Shown here: one piece after another, positions 1-14,295 of the stretch
Layout: every line of letters begins with the position of its first letter
Position numbering within the stretch: position 1 is the first letter of the stretch
NCBI GenBank assembly: GCA_030704615.1
Contig: CM060732.1
Location: 31,868,001 to 31,932,000 of the forward strand
Direction: 5' to 3'
DNA from: Takakia lepidozioides
Lineage: Eukaryota > Plantae > Bryophyta
DNA length: 64,000 nucleotides
Notes under the pieces: generated by a model
Told to the model about the DNA's origin: nothing
Seen by the model: the letters and a program-made list of their open reading frames with translations, nothing else
The model's database searches: none
Made by a program: the position numbers and the translations under genes

Positions 1-450
1 GCCCGTCACAGCCCCACAGGCCACTGGGCACAGCCTGTCACAGCCCGCCACAGCCATCACAGCCCATCATAGCCTGTCACACCTTGTCACATCCCGTCAC
101 AGCCCCACAAATCACAGGGCACAGCCTGTCCACAGCCCCTCATAGCCCGTCACAGCCCCACAGGCCACAGGGCACAGCCTGTCAGCCCCTCATAGCCCGT
201 CACAGCCCCACAGGCCACTGGGCACAGCCTGTCACAGCCCCTCACAGCCCCACAGGCCACAGGGCACAGCCTGTCACAGCCCCTCACAGCCCGTCACACA
301 GCCCACACAGCCACATGGCATAGCCTGTCACAGCCCCTCACAGCCCATCACAATATGTCACAACCCGTCACAGCCCCACAGGCCACAGGGCACAGCCCAC
401 CACAGCCTATCACAGCCCATCACAGCCTGTCACAGCCCCACAGGCCACTC
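1..450. repeat. Degenerate tandem minisatellite of CACAGCC-based subunits, running off the window start
   Basis: Units such as gtcacagccccacaggccacagggcacagcct recur many times. The 84..323 ORF (PVTAPHS repeats) is a by-product. Confidence 0.9.
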
Positions 451-2166
451 ATGACAGTTTAGCCATTTCTCCAAGGGGTTTAGCCACGCCAAACTAGGGT
501 TTGTGTCTTTTGGACTCTAGGCTTATTTGCACCGAGCTATGGCGGTTGTGAAGAAATCAGCAAGGTATTCTTGCTCTTTCGGCTCCCACACACCACCAAT
601 AGTAGCCCTAAGCCATGAGGAAGAGGTTGCCACAAACCAAGCCTTCTTTCTCACTTAGACTCCCCAAACACGCCACTAAACTCAATGGCAAACAACCAAG
701 CCTTGCTAGTTTTCAGCCCTTGTGAGCACTCATTCAAGCATTTCCCTTGGCCATAACATCTGTCTTAGAGCCTATTCCAGCCCCCTACACCTGCCACTTC
801 AAGAGCCATGCTCTATCTAGGCTTGAGGTTGAAACCCCAACTCAGAACACGCTCTACAAGTGTCGGACTGTCACATAAGAGCAGATCAGCCCCTTACCTT
901 CACTTCTAGTTCTTTAAAGCTTGAAAACAAAAGCCCAATGGACTGAACGCATGCTCCACACATGCCCCACTCTCACCACCAGAGAATCAGCCCCTTTGCT
1001 TTCTTTCTTGCACCCACCAACCTGAAAATACACGCTTCAGCGGGCTGGAAGCATGCTCCACACATGCCCTACAGGGAAACCAGCTTCTTCCTTCCTTTCT
1101 TGCTTGCCCTCCAAGCTTGAAGATGGAAGCTTCAATGCTCCACACATGCTCCACACATGCAACCTCTTCACACAAGAGGTATCAGCCCCCTATCTTGGCT
1201 CCTTAGCTCCTTGATGCTCTCTAAGACAAGACTAAGCACTCCACAGCCTTTGCCAAGCTCCTGAAACCCTAAGGCTTACATTTCCAGCCACAAGACACTC
1301 CTCTTGTGGTGCAAGAGATCTTTTTCCAAGCTCTGAAACCCTAGGTGCACATTCCATGGCCTTGCCGCACCTTTTAGCTTCTGTTCCAATCCTGCTCTTG
1401 CCATGACAAGAGCCCTCTCAATGCTGAAGCTCGAGATTGAAACCCAATCTCAACATACTCCACAAAGTGCACTGATTTGCCCCAAGCCAAATCAGCCCTT
1501 TCGCTTGGTCTTGCAATCCTTCACACAATGAAAGCTCACATTCCCAAGTCCGGTTCTCAGCTTTGCCACCAAAGCCACTATAACCTGCTTTTGACTGGTC
1601 CTCTTCCCAATCATGCTTGCTCATGCATGTACACAATTTGAAACCATCAAGGTGCTCTGGAATTACCTGCAGCATGGTGCTTGAAGATCGAATGCCAAGG
1701 TCTACCACCTCGTAACCCACATCGCCTCCGCTTCTAACAACCAAGAGCTCCACGGTGCTCCTTGCATAACAACCTGGTTTCTCTCATTCTCAAGCAAAAA
1801 CCACAAGTGCTACAACTAACTCGTATCTGGCACTCACAGATACGAGCTCATCTTTCTCAAGTGATAAAGAAGAAGAATACAAGCACAAGCTCATGCGAGC
1901 TCACAAAGCTGAAGCATAAACTCATGCATATATAACCTCATCACTCAAATACAAGTCAAGCCAAGTGCACCCCACGCCATGGGGAATCCACACTATGGCG
2001 CCATAGCTAGGCGCGGTGAGGCTCAACTCGAGAAAGATGAGCCTCCCGCGCTTGCTGTGAAGATAACCATTCCAAGGCCTAAATCTACCTTGACCCTTGG
2101 ATTGACACTTGGGCCAATCCCAAATGTCAATATGTAAAAGCTAGCTATTTCCTAGCTAGTTTCACA
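1..2166. mobile_element. Probable long LTR of an LTR retrotransposon, abutting or inserted into a LINE remnant
   Basis: Non-coding C/A-rich tract with an internal minisatellite and internal repeats (atgctccacacatg x4, tgaaacccta x2). It ends in ...tttcaCA at 2166 (TGTGAAAC on -), where LINE-like sequence begins. No PBS, PPT or second LTR visible. Confidence 0.45.
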
Positions 2167-2199
2167 CTAGTGGTAAAATAACTTGACAAAGTAGATTTT

Positions 2200-3210
2200 G
2201 AGGGTGAAGCATCTCGGAACCATCGCAAAGGCGAATGCAGAAGCCAGACTTCTAGAACTGTAGCTGCGCGCGGAATTTGGGTGCTCTTGCACGTTTATGG
2301 CGCCAATTGCAATCTCCCTCATCACCTTCACTAGGGGATCTCCCATTGAGGGATGGAATGTTGCCAAGTGAATTTAGAGTTGGAAAAACCGGCGCCGAGC
2401 ATGCTGCTTTGCCCCAGGTGTCATGGAAGTCTTGAAGCAATTTCCTCCCTCACTGCTCCGAAGTTCTGGAAACAGCGGCACAGACAGTTAACCAAGCCTT
2501 TCGCCCCTCAGTCAACAGATCTTGGTAAGTATTGAATAATACCGATCTGCCCCTGGGGGTTTTTCCCTCATAAATCCAAGCACATCTTGTTTTCCATAAG
2601 TTCCACAAGGTAAGTGCTCTAAGAGCAGCCCAAACCGGGCAGATAGTCTGCACTTGACCCACAGTGAAATTTAGAAGCAACAGAGAAAGTGGGGGGGGGA
2701 GAGAGGAAGCTATTCCAGCGGGAGTAGAAACCAAGAACCAAGTGCCAGACTCTAACAGCCAGATTGCAAAACATTAGGTAGTGTTCAGTGGATTCGGGAG
2801 AAGAACCGCATAGAGAGCAGTTAGGGTTGTCTTCATAGGTGCGTTCTCTGACTGGAAGAATTCTATGCGCGATTTTCCATAGAAAACCGGATAGCCTGGC
2901 TGGTCTGTCTTTTCTCCAGATGTCTCTCCAGATTTTGTCCCATCCTAGGCGGTCTAGCAGCGGGATGTTCCATTTTGCTTTCCACTTGAATTCAAACTAG
3001 GGGGAGGGGTTTAAGAGAGAATATCCCTTTTTCACAGAGTACGCAAAGAAAGGGGTCTTTATCTTATCCATCCATCTCCACTCCCCGGGATCGAATTGCA
3101 GGTCCACCAGTGGGGCAGCTCAAAAACCAGGCGAGGTTTTCTTGTCTCGCCCATTGGGTCTCCATACCTTGCGGGGGCAGCGGGTTTGGGTTGCCCAGAT
3201 TATCCAGAAC
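2200..3210 (-). mobile_element. L1-type LINE ORF2 3' remnant (zf-RVT region)
   Basis: Minus-strand translation DKIWRDIWRKDRPARLSGFLWKIAHRILPVRER..CSLCGSSPESTEHYLMFCNLAVRVW, then LRALTLWNLWKTRC. These are typical plant L1 C-terminal motifs. Confidence 0.85.
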
Positions 3211-4296
3211 TCTACAAAACAAAACAAACAAAACGAAACAAAACAAATATATGATTCTGACCTGATTCAGATGTTGATTGTGTCTGCAATGATGTGCAAT
3301 GTAGCTAACAAGATTTGAACCCAGTGTCACTCGGGCGGAAAATATGAAGGGATGAAAGAAACTGTGACCGAGGCCGGGGAGGCGGCGGTTGCTGGGCAGC
3401 GACGGCGACAGTCGAGGAAAGGGAAGGCGTGTGGCCCCCCGAGAGAGAGAGAGAGAGAGACGGGCGAGGGGATCTGCTTTGCATTGATGGTTATAAGAGA
3501 TGGCAAGTGCGTGCTCTGGGCAACTACCTCTTTGTCTTTTGGCAGGTCGGCATCCCGTGAAGCTTAGATGCCAACAGATTCGAAAGCTCATGTAGGGTAC
3601 AGCTGCGCCGACCAGTGGAGATTGATTGAGATTGATGGAGAAGGAATTATAGAATAAGAGAGGTAAACTGTTCTGATCCGCACTAGGGAGAAAATCTTAT
3701 CGTTTGTATTCCAGCCATGGTGCTTTACTCGGCTGACTGCTGCATCTTCATATATGCAAATTGCTTGGTTACTCCCCTCTGTATTTGGAAGCTTCTCCGA
3801 TATCTCCGATATCTCCGACTGATTTCCGAGCCTTTCCACCCTCCATATCCACGTAGATTCAATAGTCGTGCTTGTACACGACTGTGCGTTATTGATGTGC
3901 TCGCGGAGCGAGCCCCACCCCGAGACTCCACCTTGTTGGCATCGAGGGCTGCTTTTGAGTACTGGGCATACTGGAATCTTCAATCAATCAAAGGAACACT
4001 AATTCGTAGAGTCAGGAGGGGCGGGCAGATCTGATCCAGAAGTAAAATGATTTCCAGGGTTTTGCAGCGACATCATTCCATCGTGATTCCTGACGATATT
4101 GGGTTTTGTTGGTATGCTGCAGGGTTGCTTTCAGTTACTTACCACCTTCTACTGGGCATACTGGGATACTCAGTCAACTACATAGACGCCTTTTCGATTC
4201 AGAGCTCGATAAGTACAGCGTGCGGCAAAGCAGGGACCGGCAAACGTGATCCAGCAATTCAGCCTGAATCTTGGTTTTAGAGCGCCGTGAAGGTCC

Positions 4297-7200
4297 ATGA
4301 CGTCCACAATTGTGTTGGTTCTGGTTACTTTTCTAGCTTGTATCAGATCGAGCTTGCAGGCCACGGTGGTGGAAGGGGACGGCTTATGGGCAGACTCTCA
4401 AGTCCTCCTTCATATGAAAATATCCTTTGTGGATCCGAACAACATTCTGAGCAGTTGGGCTGTCTCGTATCCAAGCGGCTCCCCATGTTATTGGTATGGT
4501 GTGATATGCGATTCGTATCACAGGAGAGTGATTGGCCTCAATCTATCCAACAGTGACTTGTCAGGATCCATTTCTGATGCGATTGAGCAGCTCGTCTATT
4601 TGCAGACCCTAGATATATCCAACAACAACATAACTGGCATCCTCCCTGATCAGATCTGCAGCTGCAACCTGCTGAAGTTCATCGACTTGAGCAACAATGC
4701 AATAGCGGGATTCATCCCTTGGTGCCTGGCTCGTCTCCCATCCCTCGAGGTACTCCGCACCCTTGCCCCATCCTCCAATATGAAGTGATGTCTTAAAAGA
4801 TAATATCATTAGTAGCATAATTTATCAAAAGTGTATAAGTCACCAACGAGCCTGCAGTGTAATGTTCATACCGCCCTAGGTAGGTAATTGAAAAGAGAGC
4901 TCTAGAGATTCGAACTCAAACATTAGTGCAATCGACTACATTGCTGTACATAGAGGTAAACTTGTTGGTTTACTTGCAGCCCTTAGGCTGGGAGATGTAA
5001 TCTACGTTGGCAATGCAAACCCTGGATTGTAGCCTTGAATGTGAAAGTATGCTAAAAAAACTCGCTTGACCAGTAGATGTTTCTCTTTGGGTTGAGCGTA
5101 TTGAGTAAGATGATTTGTTGCAGGGCTGCCGAATCACTTATCACGTACTTACACTTGTACATATATATATATTGGACAAACGTTAAAGTAGGGCCACATT
5201 TTGACCTCCTGGGCTGATTTAGGTAACTCTCCCACATAGACCTGCAATCACGAACTAAATGAGTGGATCGTATACAAAGTGAACCTGTATTGATATGTAT
5301 TTATCTCCTTCAGTGCATGGCAAGAAAAACTCTTGAAAGTGTCTTTGACAGTTGCTCTCCACGTTATAGGCCTGCACGAGGACTGCTTTACTCAGCCTTT
5401 ATTATTTCATCTTATCGACTCCTCAACTACTATGTTCCAACAGGTGATAAACCTCAACAACAATGACTTCACAGGGGAGATTTCACCGGAAGTCGGTCAA
5501 TTTCAACGCCTACGCAGCCTGGATATTGGCGGGTCTTACCTGACCAGCAACATTCCACAGGAAATTGGCAGGATCAGCAGCCTTGTTAATCTGACGCTCG
5601 CAGAAAACAACCTTTATGGAATCATCCCACCAGAGCTGGGCAATCTCAAACAGTTGCAGTTTCTCTATCTTGGTTACAATTATTTAAGCGGAAGCATTCC
5701 AGCAGAGATTGGTGCAATTCCCGGCCTCCTTCATCTTGATCTTTCTGTCAACAATTTAACAGGAAGCATTCCTTCGTCACTTGGAAATCTGGGCGAGCTG
5801 CGAACCATGTTTCTTTGGAATAATTCACTTTCAGGTTCTCACCTAGAATCTCTCTCCACTGCATGAAACTGTGATATTGTTCATATTTGGAAGGACTTCA
5901 AAATTCCAGTTTAGTCTAGGTCTTCTCAATTCCTTGTCAAGTACGTTTCAGACTGTGTGTTTGGTACTTTCAAACTCAGACATTTGTTTCCATGGACATC
6001 TTTCGTGAATTTCTGGATAGTATCGAATCATTGTATGCAACCTGTACCTGTACCTGTTTAGATCTACCATAAATCACTGTACCAATCAGCAGTCACGGCT
6101 TTCTTTTGAAACATTAATCGGTATATACTTTTGGACTTGACTGTTTTCTGTTCCATGGACCCCCTCAGATCTACATTTGTGATGCTCGAAATGCATATAT
6201 AAATTGTGCTTATTTTACTATGTCGTTTCCGTACGACTACAGACAACTATATTGAAAACATGTAACAGTCAAGTTTCCTCTTTCTTTCAGGTCCCATTCC
6301 AGCAGAGTTGGGCCGTCTCCCTCTTCTGGATTCTCTTGACCTCAGCGACAACCTACTGATCGGCGAGATTCCCACAGAACTTTCAATGTTGAAGTCTTTG
6401 AAGCTTCTTAATCTCTTCAGAAATCGCCTCTCTGGAACCATTCCCGTGAGTGTGGCGGAACTTCCAAATCTGCAGGTTTTGTCCCTTTGGATGAACCAGC
6501 TTACCGGCGGGATCCCTTCAGAGCTCGGCCTATACTCCACACTGCAAATTATTGACCTTTCGACGAATTTACTTGTGGGACCTATTCCCTCCACTCTTTG
6601 CGATGGTGGGCAGTTGACCAAACTGATTCTCTTCAAAAATCTACTCTCCGGGAACATTCCTATGAGCCTCGCGAGCTGCAAGAGTCTTGTGCGTGTTCGG
6701 ATACAGGGGAATGCATTTTCTGGTCCAATTCCTGCAGGCTTCGGGGCCATCCCATATCTCGACTACTTGGATCTCTCCTCCAACACCCTCAGCGGGCCCA
6801 TTGATCCCACCCAGTTTGGCACTGCAAGCTTTTTGACCTTTCTGGACCTATCTTATAATCAACTATCTGGCCTCATTCCTCCCCAGATTGGAAACTGTCA
6901 GTCTCTGTACTCTCTCGATCTGAGCAACAATCAGCTCACTGGAAGCATACCATCACAGCTCGGGAGCCCGCCAAACCTCACATACCTGGACCTCTCCGAC
7001 AACAAGCTCAACGGACCGATTCCACCACAGATTTTGAGCAAGAAATCACTGCACTACTTGAACTGCTCTGGCAACAACATCACAGTACCTCAGGCCGCAG
7101 CGACCAGTACTTTTGGCAGGAAGATTCTCAGAATCCAATCCTTTACAAACGCAGTTGAGAACTGCCGCCCTGCAGAACTAGCTGCAAGCCGGCCAGCTGC

Positions 7201-8897
7201 AGCACCACATTCCAAGCCCGCTTGGCATCAGTACGTGGTTTTTGGTGGACTTGCAGCAGTCACTGTGCTTGCAACTGCGTGGACCCTTGTAGACTTCCGG
7301 AGGAAAAACTACTGTGAGGTATCTACTTACTGTGCTCTCATCGCTTCGCCTCCCCCTCTCCTTCTCATTCGACCTCTTGGCCGCCTCACATCTTCTCGTT
7401 TGTTTTTCTTCTCATGTTCAGGTTCGGTCTGGCTACGCGAACCTGACGACCTCCGCCGGACCTCCACCCGAACCGGAATCTGCGGGAGAGACCGACGCGT
7501 GGCAGCTCGCACTCTTCGCAACAGAATCACCGTTAACTATCGACGACATATTGGACGCCATCGCGCCGGCAAACGTTCTCGGTACGGGCAGCGCCGGGCC
7601 CGTGTACAAAGGAAAAACTGCCGCCGGGAACTTCTTCACGGTTAGAAAATGCGCCGATGCTCCCAACCAACAGGTTCTAGGACTGGGAAAGCTTCGTCAT
7701 CCGAACCTGGCGCGACCGCTGGGTGTTTGCTGGTGCGGGGATGTTTGTCTGATCGCCAGTCCCTACTTTTCCGGCAGCTTGGCGAGCGTGTTACACGGCT
7801 CCTCTCCGATCCGCCTTAACTGGCGACAAAGGTAACTAGGCCTGATGGATGCGTTTCATCTATCCATCACTCCACGTAGATGGATGTCTCTCTCACCGCG
7901 GTTGACTGGTGTGGCAGGTTCACGATAGCGGTCGGAGCGGCGCGCGGGCTGGCGTATTTGCACGACCGGGCACCGCCGGTCGTCCACGGCCGCGTGACGA
8001 CACGCCACGTTGTTCTGACCGGTGCATTGGACGCGCAGCTGTCGGTCCACCACCTCCACTCTGGCCTGGCAGACTACATGGCACCAGGTACCGACCACCG
8101 ACCCTCGCTTCCTCCCTGCGCGATCTCTCGACTGAAGTATGAAGTCTGAGTGTTTGTGCGCGTGTTGCAATGGCGCAGAGTATGGGCACAGGTTGGAGAT
8201 GGATGTGAACAGCTTCGGTGTGGTGTTGCTGGAGCTTCTGACGGGGCGCGAGCGGTTTGGTCGGGAAGGAAGCCTTGTGGAGTGGGCACATAAAGCAGTT
8301 CCGGCTATATTGATCGACCACAACATATACAGGCAGTCGTCGTTGCAAGCTCATTGTGAGATGATGAAGGTGAACTTCTCAACTTTTGTATATATGTATC
8401 GTCCCTCACAAGGCTGCCACACGATATCCGATATCTCAGGAGATAAATAAACACTTGGATCGATGTGAATCTCATGGTTACCAAAATTCGACATTGTAAA
8501 GTGATGTGACACGATCGATCGGTCTATGTATCGGCTTAGTCGCGATTTTCCGGAAGAGATCCACGATCAACTGTTTATGGATTTGATATTTCCCTCGTAT
8601 TTCCATTTTAGCTTCCCTGCGACGTAGCTAGATTCATCTTTGGAAGAGTATGCGCCATGTTCTTATAATAACGCAGATGGATGATGATCAAATTGTGATG
8701 TAAATGTTCACCAGGTGCTTGAAGTGGCCCGTCTTTGCACGAATACTTCGGCCAAGGAGCGGCTATCGATGCAAGAGGTCGTAAACAAGCTGGTATCTGT
8801 GACGTTCACAACAAATGAAGCATCCAAGAAAAGCGAGAGGAGAAACCTTCACTCTCATTTACCATCAACAAGCTATGCGCTCTCTGATGGAGAGTAA
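4297..8897 (+). CDS. LRR receptor-like kinase with degenerate (pseudo)kinase domain, LRR-XI-related, SKM1/At2g25790-like. Exons 4297-4749, 5444-5834, 6291-7318, 7422-7831, 7918-8087, 8179-8369, 8715-8897
   Basis: Signal peptide, N-cap CYWYGVIC, about 20 plant LRRs (LxxLDLSxNxLxGxIP), TM helix (YVVFGGLAAVTVLATAWTLV) and kinase subdomains (VLGTGSAGPVYKG, LRHPNL, GAARGLAYLH, YMAPEY, SFGVVLLELLTG). All GT-AG junctions join in frame. Confidence 0.9.
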
Positions 8898-11800
8898 AAT
8901 CATTTCTTTTTTCTTTATGCAAGTTTCATAGATTAGTCATGTAATCTGAATCCTTCACGTTGTCGGTTGGTTTGGTTACTCTGAGATAAAAGAAGTGTAC
9001 TCCAAACTTCGTTACAGCAATAAACACTTCCTTAGCTAGCGTTGTGTATGGTTCGCTTTGGACACTCAATGATATCCACGTCACCCTCTTATTCTTTGTA
9101 TGAATGGAATTAGTTTGCTGATTTCTCGATAGCTGAAATGTACTTTTTCTTCTCTCAAAACCTCTTCTCCAATCGTTTCAGTGTCCTTCAATGTGAAATT
9201 CTTATACGTGAGTTCTTCGGTGCCCTGCTTTATTGTCCATCCATTCATGGACTTCGTAATCCCTTGATGTCATTTTCCCTGCTTTGGTGAAAATCTACAC
9301 ATCATTCTGTCTCGTGTCTCTTTCAGCTGTTGCCCTGTTATCTGTACAAGAGATTCCGCTTATTGTCCTTGATATTTTCCGCCAGGTGTGACTATCAATC
9401 GACGGATTTGAAATCGAACAAGGCTTATTTTCAAGTGTTGAATTGTTCTGAATGTCTCTATGTGTTGAAATCTGTTCAGGGAAGAACACAAAGAGGATGT
9501 GGAAGATTTACAAAAAAGAACTAAACTGAAGGATTAGATGATTTACTTTCTCTTACCATATACTCTGATGAACACTGCTCGGATGTAACTCATCAGTGAT
9601 CAACCAACAATTGCAATGTGAGCACCTCGTGTCCTTGACAACTTATCGGCATTGCCAATCTTCAGAATCAATACGGTACCTTGCTCTGTCTCTTCTTTCC
9701 CCTTTATTTATCTTACTCATGTTCTTCTGATGTTACTGCTCTTATACTTTGGAAGTGTGGCACTAGCATGTTTTCCAAAGGGTTGCATAGGTTTAATTGG
9801 CAGCGTTACTGATATCTTGGAGCTGGTGATTGCGAGTAGACCATACATGCAGGTCTTTCAGTGTCCAAGAGCATGCAGGCAGCCTGGCATGCACGGTTGG
9901 CACAAAGGTTTATATGCATCAGAGGTAAATAGGAACTACACAAGTTTTACAATATTGCTCCCTGCATCTCTCTTCTGATGTTTCTGGCCAGCAAGAGGTC
10001 ATGTTCTCATGTGGATGAACACTGAAAGGCCAGGAAGAAACAAGGGTTGCTTATCTAGAACGTTTAATATTAAATGAAATCAAATCAATTGGTACTTCAT
10101 AAAGAAATCCAGAGCCCACTTCAATTGCTTATTGGCTCACACGCTCGCTTGTCAATAATCAACCCTACTGGTATTGTCCTGGAAGTTCATTGACGTTTTT
10201 ACGTGCATTGCTGATTCGTGCGTATACAGCCACTGCAGTGCAGTCTAGCTCTAGTTCAGTGGGTTGCATCTTGTTTTTGAACTTAACATGGCACCTGATA
10301 TTTTGAGACGAGGATGTCATGGTGTGTGAGAGGTTTTGTGGTGTTTCTATCGCCCTACCCTCGGCCTGTTTCTCTAAGTGGGAATAGTGTGTGTTGGAAG
10401 TTCAAGAGAAGTGAGCACGGAACACAGGCAAAATCAGCAAAATCCACAAATGCTCAAGTCCCATATGGCCTGAGTTTTGAAGTTTTTGGAAGTGCTTGAT
10501 GGTGCATTAGAAGGTTGAAAACTTGTGAAGAAAGAGAAGGTGCATGTGCTTCTCTTCTGTTTTAATCCTGGGAGCTATTTTATGTTTGCTGTTCCATACA
10601 TGCTCATGGCACTCACCATCACGTCAATATCTTGTGAAATGTTGGACTCGCTGAAGCGTTGTTCCGGAATGTAGATATTGTATGTTTGTGTTTAAATTGT
10701 CTACATACATCAGGAGTTTTTGACACAGCTCCTGTAGCAGAAGTTTTATATGCCTTCAGAGTTGGAGGAGTGTGAACAGAATAAGTCTAAGGGACACCTA
10801 TTTGGGAAGAGGGCAGCATTGAGAATGACTTCAATCACATTGCCTTATTTGGACCACTTGATCATGAATGTGCTTATGCTAGCATTGGTACAACGTTATG
10901 GTTGCTGGCGGATGCAGTAATCTGTGTTCCTGTGTATGCTTTGTATACTTGAGTACAAATTTCAAAAGGAGTGCCACAGGGAACTGGGGATCATAGGTTT
11001 CTTGTTTCTTTGACATGGTGCAGAGTCTGGATAGAGTCATGTGCATATCTGCGGTCTCCTTTTGGACTTGGTTAGAGCCTTTCTCAATAGAAGTATATTT
11101 TACTGAAGATGTTTGACTACAATTTTCCGTCTGTGTGTAGTTTGATAAGCCCTCTCTTACAGAAATGTACGAGTTGTACTCCTTCCACAACATATTTGGT
11201 TATATATCTTGTCGAGGGTGCAGAAGGGGTCGTAAATGGCGGATGAGTTACAAGTTGTCGTCTGTTCTTTCTCTGGTTGTCGATGTCAGTTCTTAGTGAT
11301 ATAAAGCATCTTTTTGATGATCATCATTGAGTGACAGATCTGTAGACCTGGTTTGTAACTAGTCTTTTTTGTTGTGAAATATTTTATCTACAATTTTATC
11401 TCATGTATGCCATCCTGATTACCCTTTTTGTGCTACCTACCATCAGGTTTCCTCCAGTTGGTAGCTGCTTTTGGAACGTGAGTCTTTTTGCCATACTCAG
11501 AACCTAACAGTCTCGGAATTAGAGATTAGTTTTCGGAAATTGGTTGATGCGAAGTTTCAGTTAATTCCAGCCAGTGTTGAGGGAGATATTTCTCAAGTTG
11601 TGAGATCCTTATGATTGACTTTTGACAGAGAGTTTCTAATCTTTCAGGTTGCCTACATGACAATTTTATGGACCCCCATGACTGGATCTACCCTCCTGAC
11701 TAAGTCTTTTGTCGAAATGTTCCACGAGCTTGCCACTCCAGCATATAGGCAGCTGCAACAATCAGGTATCGCCTATCGCAGATTCCATAGTCTGCACCGC

Positions 11801-13329
11801 GTTGAAACGGATGGTCTTGTCACTTGTGAAATAGCTTATCCCTCTGAAAGATATAGGACTCTGTTGTCAGGGGGTTGGTATGCATGCAATAACGCATTTA
11901 AGTTTACGTCTGCGCTCATGTCGCATTCTAATCTGCATAGCTGTCTGACAGTGTTGACGATGCTGGCGTGGTCAGCCGATCAAGTCCCACTCTACTGGGC
12001 TTGGCCAGTGAAGGACACCACCACATGGTTGTGTGGCTCCCTTGGTAAGTCGCTCCGTCATAAAATCACTTGACCGACAGCTGAAAAGGCTTTTCAATGA
12101 ATTTGGGAGATCTATATGTACCTGCATAAAACACGTACCTATGTGTACCGTATGTTATACGCTTGGTTTTCCTTAATGATATCTGGACAGGACAAATTTT
12201 CAAACGTCATTTCCAGACAAGCGACGCACAGCTCCTTAAAACGCAGCTCGTGCTTTGCTTGCCGCTTTCTGCCTGTGATGAGCTCGGCTACCACTGATTT
12301 CTTGCAGCTAAGCTGATCCTACATAAGTTATTCGCAAACCAGCCCTGCCTTTCCCTTCCAATCACTTATTCAGATATTTCTCAGCTGGGTTCGACGTGTA
12401 TAGAGTACACCATCTGGAGTTGCTCTTCTAGTCTATGCTGCAAGGCGAGCAGAGATGGTTGGGTAAATGCCTTTACGCTTGGATCCTCTCTCTGCCTTTC
12501 CAACACAGTAAGTAACTGCCTGGATCTCCTCAACTTACAAAGAGTAGGATTTAAAACTCCTTCAAAAAGTATGAGTAAGTAATCTTAATCAGGAACAGTC
12601 AGCAGATGACTGAGCAGGCATCCTTAACTGTGAAGCAAGACCAAGCCTCCAACGGAGCGCTCTGTGACTAGACATGGTTTGAGCTTCGATCAAAGAATAT
12701 GCTGGACGTGCTGGTGCGTGCAGCACCAGTACGCTACACGGGGTGGGGATAACGTAAGGCCAACGGGTGATAAGTAATAATAAGTAGGTAATACGCTGCA
12801 ACACTCGAGGAACGGATACGATGGCCACACTACTGTGCCGCATGTATGTATGTATGTGTATCCACATGAACTGAATATAATCAAGGGTGTGTATTCGCCA
12901 ATCCCACGTGCAGCGCCGGCGCCGGGAAAATCGAGGCCGCGACGGCGGGGCCCACACGTACAGCAACCGGCGGCGCTTCTGCGCCGGAATATTCCACGAC
13001 ACAAACCGTTGTGAGTCGGCAGACGTGGCGCGGTATACGGACGCCATCCGAGGTACGTACGCCTGTCAACGTACATTATACAAACTACGTAGATAGTATG
13101 TATGGGTTTGGTTTCAAATCTGGCAGAGGATCGGAGCCCAATCTCTGGCACGTACGAGGGCGGTTGCCAAAAGTAAGTGAAGTGTGGTACGTAGCAACTG
13201 TGATTGACTCTGCTCCAATAACTGCCCGTGAGGTCAAGTTAACTTTTAGCCCTCGTCTGACCGCATGTAACTAACGGTGCTAATAACTAACGGTGATAAC
13301 AAGTTCGCGCACCCAGACATGTGATGAGA

Positions 13330-14295
13330 TAAAGATAAAGATTCTTTAACGTCCAGTGAATTTACAGAGCCTACTGCTCAACACACAGGCCATCGAGGGA
13401 GATGGTGGCAGCTTGCAGCGTGAATGAGAGCGCAACCAAAGCGACTACTTACCTACGGCATGAGGAAGATCCTTTCTTTGTGGTGCAGTCTTCGCAAGCT
13501 TGGGGAATCCATCTTCAACACGCACCAGGGTTCCCATGCAAACGTCACAGTTCCATGAAGAAGCGCTTGGCTTTTCTCCGGAATGTCCAATCCCTTTTGC
13601 GGTTGGACCTACATTGAAACCCGCATTGAATACTGGAGCGAGGACCCACATGCCGGGAGGTGCAGCATTATCCTGTCCAATCCTTGAGCATTTCATCTGG
13701 GTATGCCATGTGACAGCTTGTTGGGTTTGTTCACTAGACCTACGCTTGCTCAAAAAGCATCTTCCGTGGAAACTTGGAAAAACTCTTGGCATAAGATTCA
13801 GGAAGTTCGAAGGGGCTCATCATAATCAACTTTGTTTCTACCCTACTTACTGCTGGGTACCATCCTTTCGCTTGTGCGACAAGTGCAATGAAGTGCACAA
13901 GCTAGAGACAGTGGTGAGCACTTGAGCAGGACCACTTCCATACATTGTAGAGGTGTAGGCTAGTGTATTGAAAGCCTCACAGTGGTAGACAGGCTGCAAC
14001 ATGGCTCCCATGCCCACTTTGAGGCTTGTAGTTTGTCAAGGCTTCTGGAGACCTAGATATAATGAGCCCCCAGATGGATTTTGATGGTAGTTACAAATCA
14101 TGCCATCTTTGCTACAGGGTAACAAGATTCTTTTTTTAAACTTACAATGTAGTGATTAGTAATGTTCAGAATAATATCTAGACTATGATTAAAAACAAGC
14201 GGCTAGTCGCTGATGAAGTGGCTCCTCCTTTGTCAGCAGAGAATTAAAAGGGCCTCCGCCCCCTTTCTGTCAAAAATAAATAAAAAATAAAAATC
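13330..14295 (+). mobile_element. Highly decayed LINE 3' end with A-rich tail
   Basis: zf-RVT-like ALNTGART...SCPILEHFIWVC...W. Ends in agggcctccgccccct followed by an A-rich tail (~14272-14293). Confidence 0.4.

Noticed and set aside
6247-8354. Antisense ORFs over the RLK (and similar ones over the PPR region)
   Set aside because: Shadow frames of real coding sequence.
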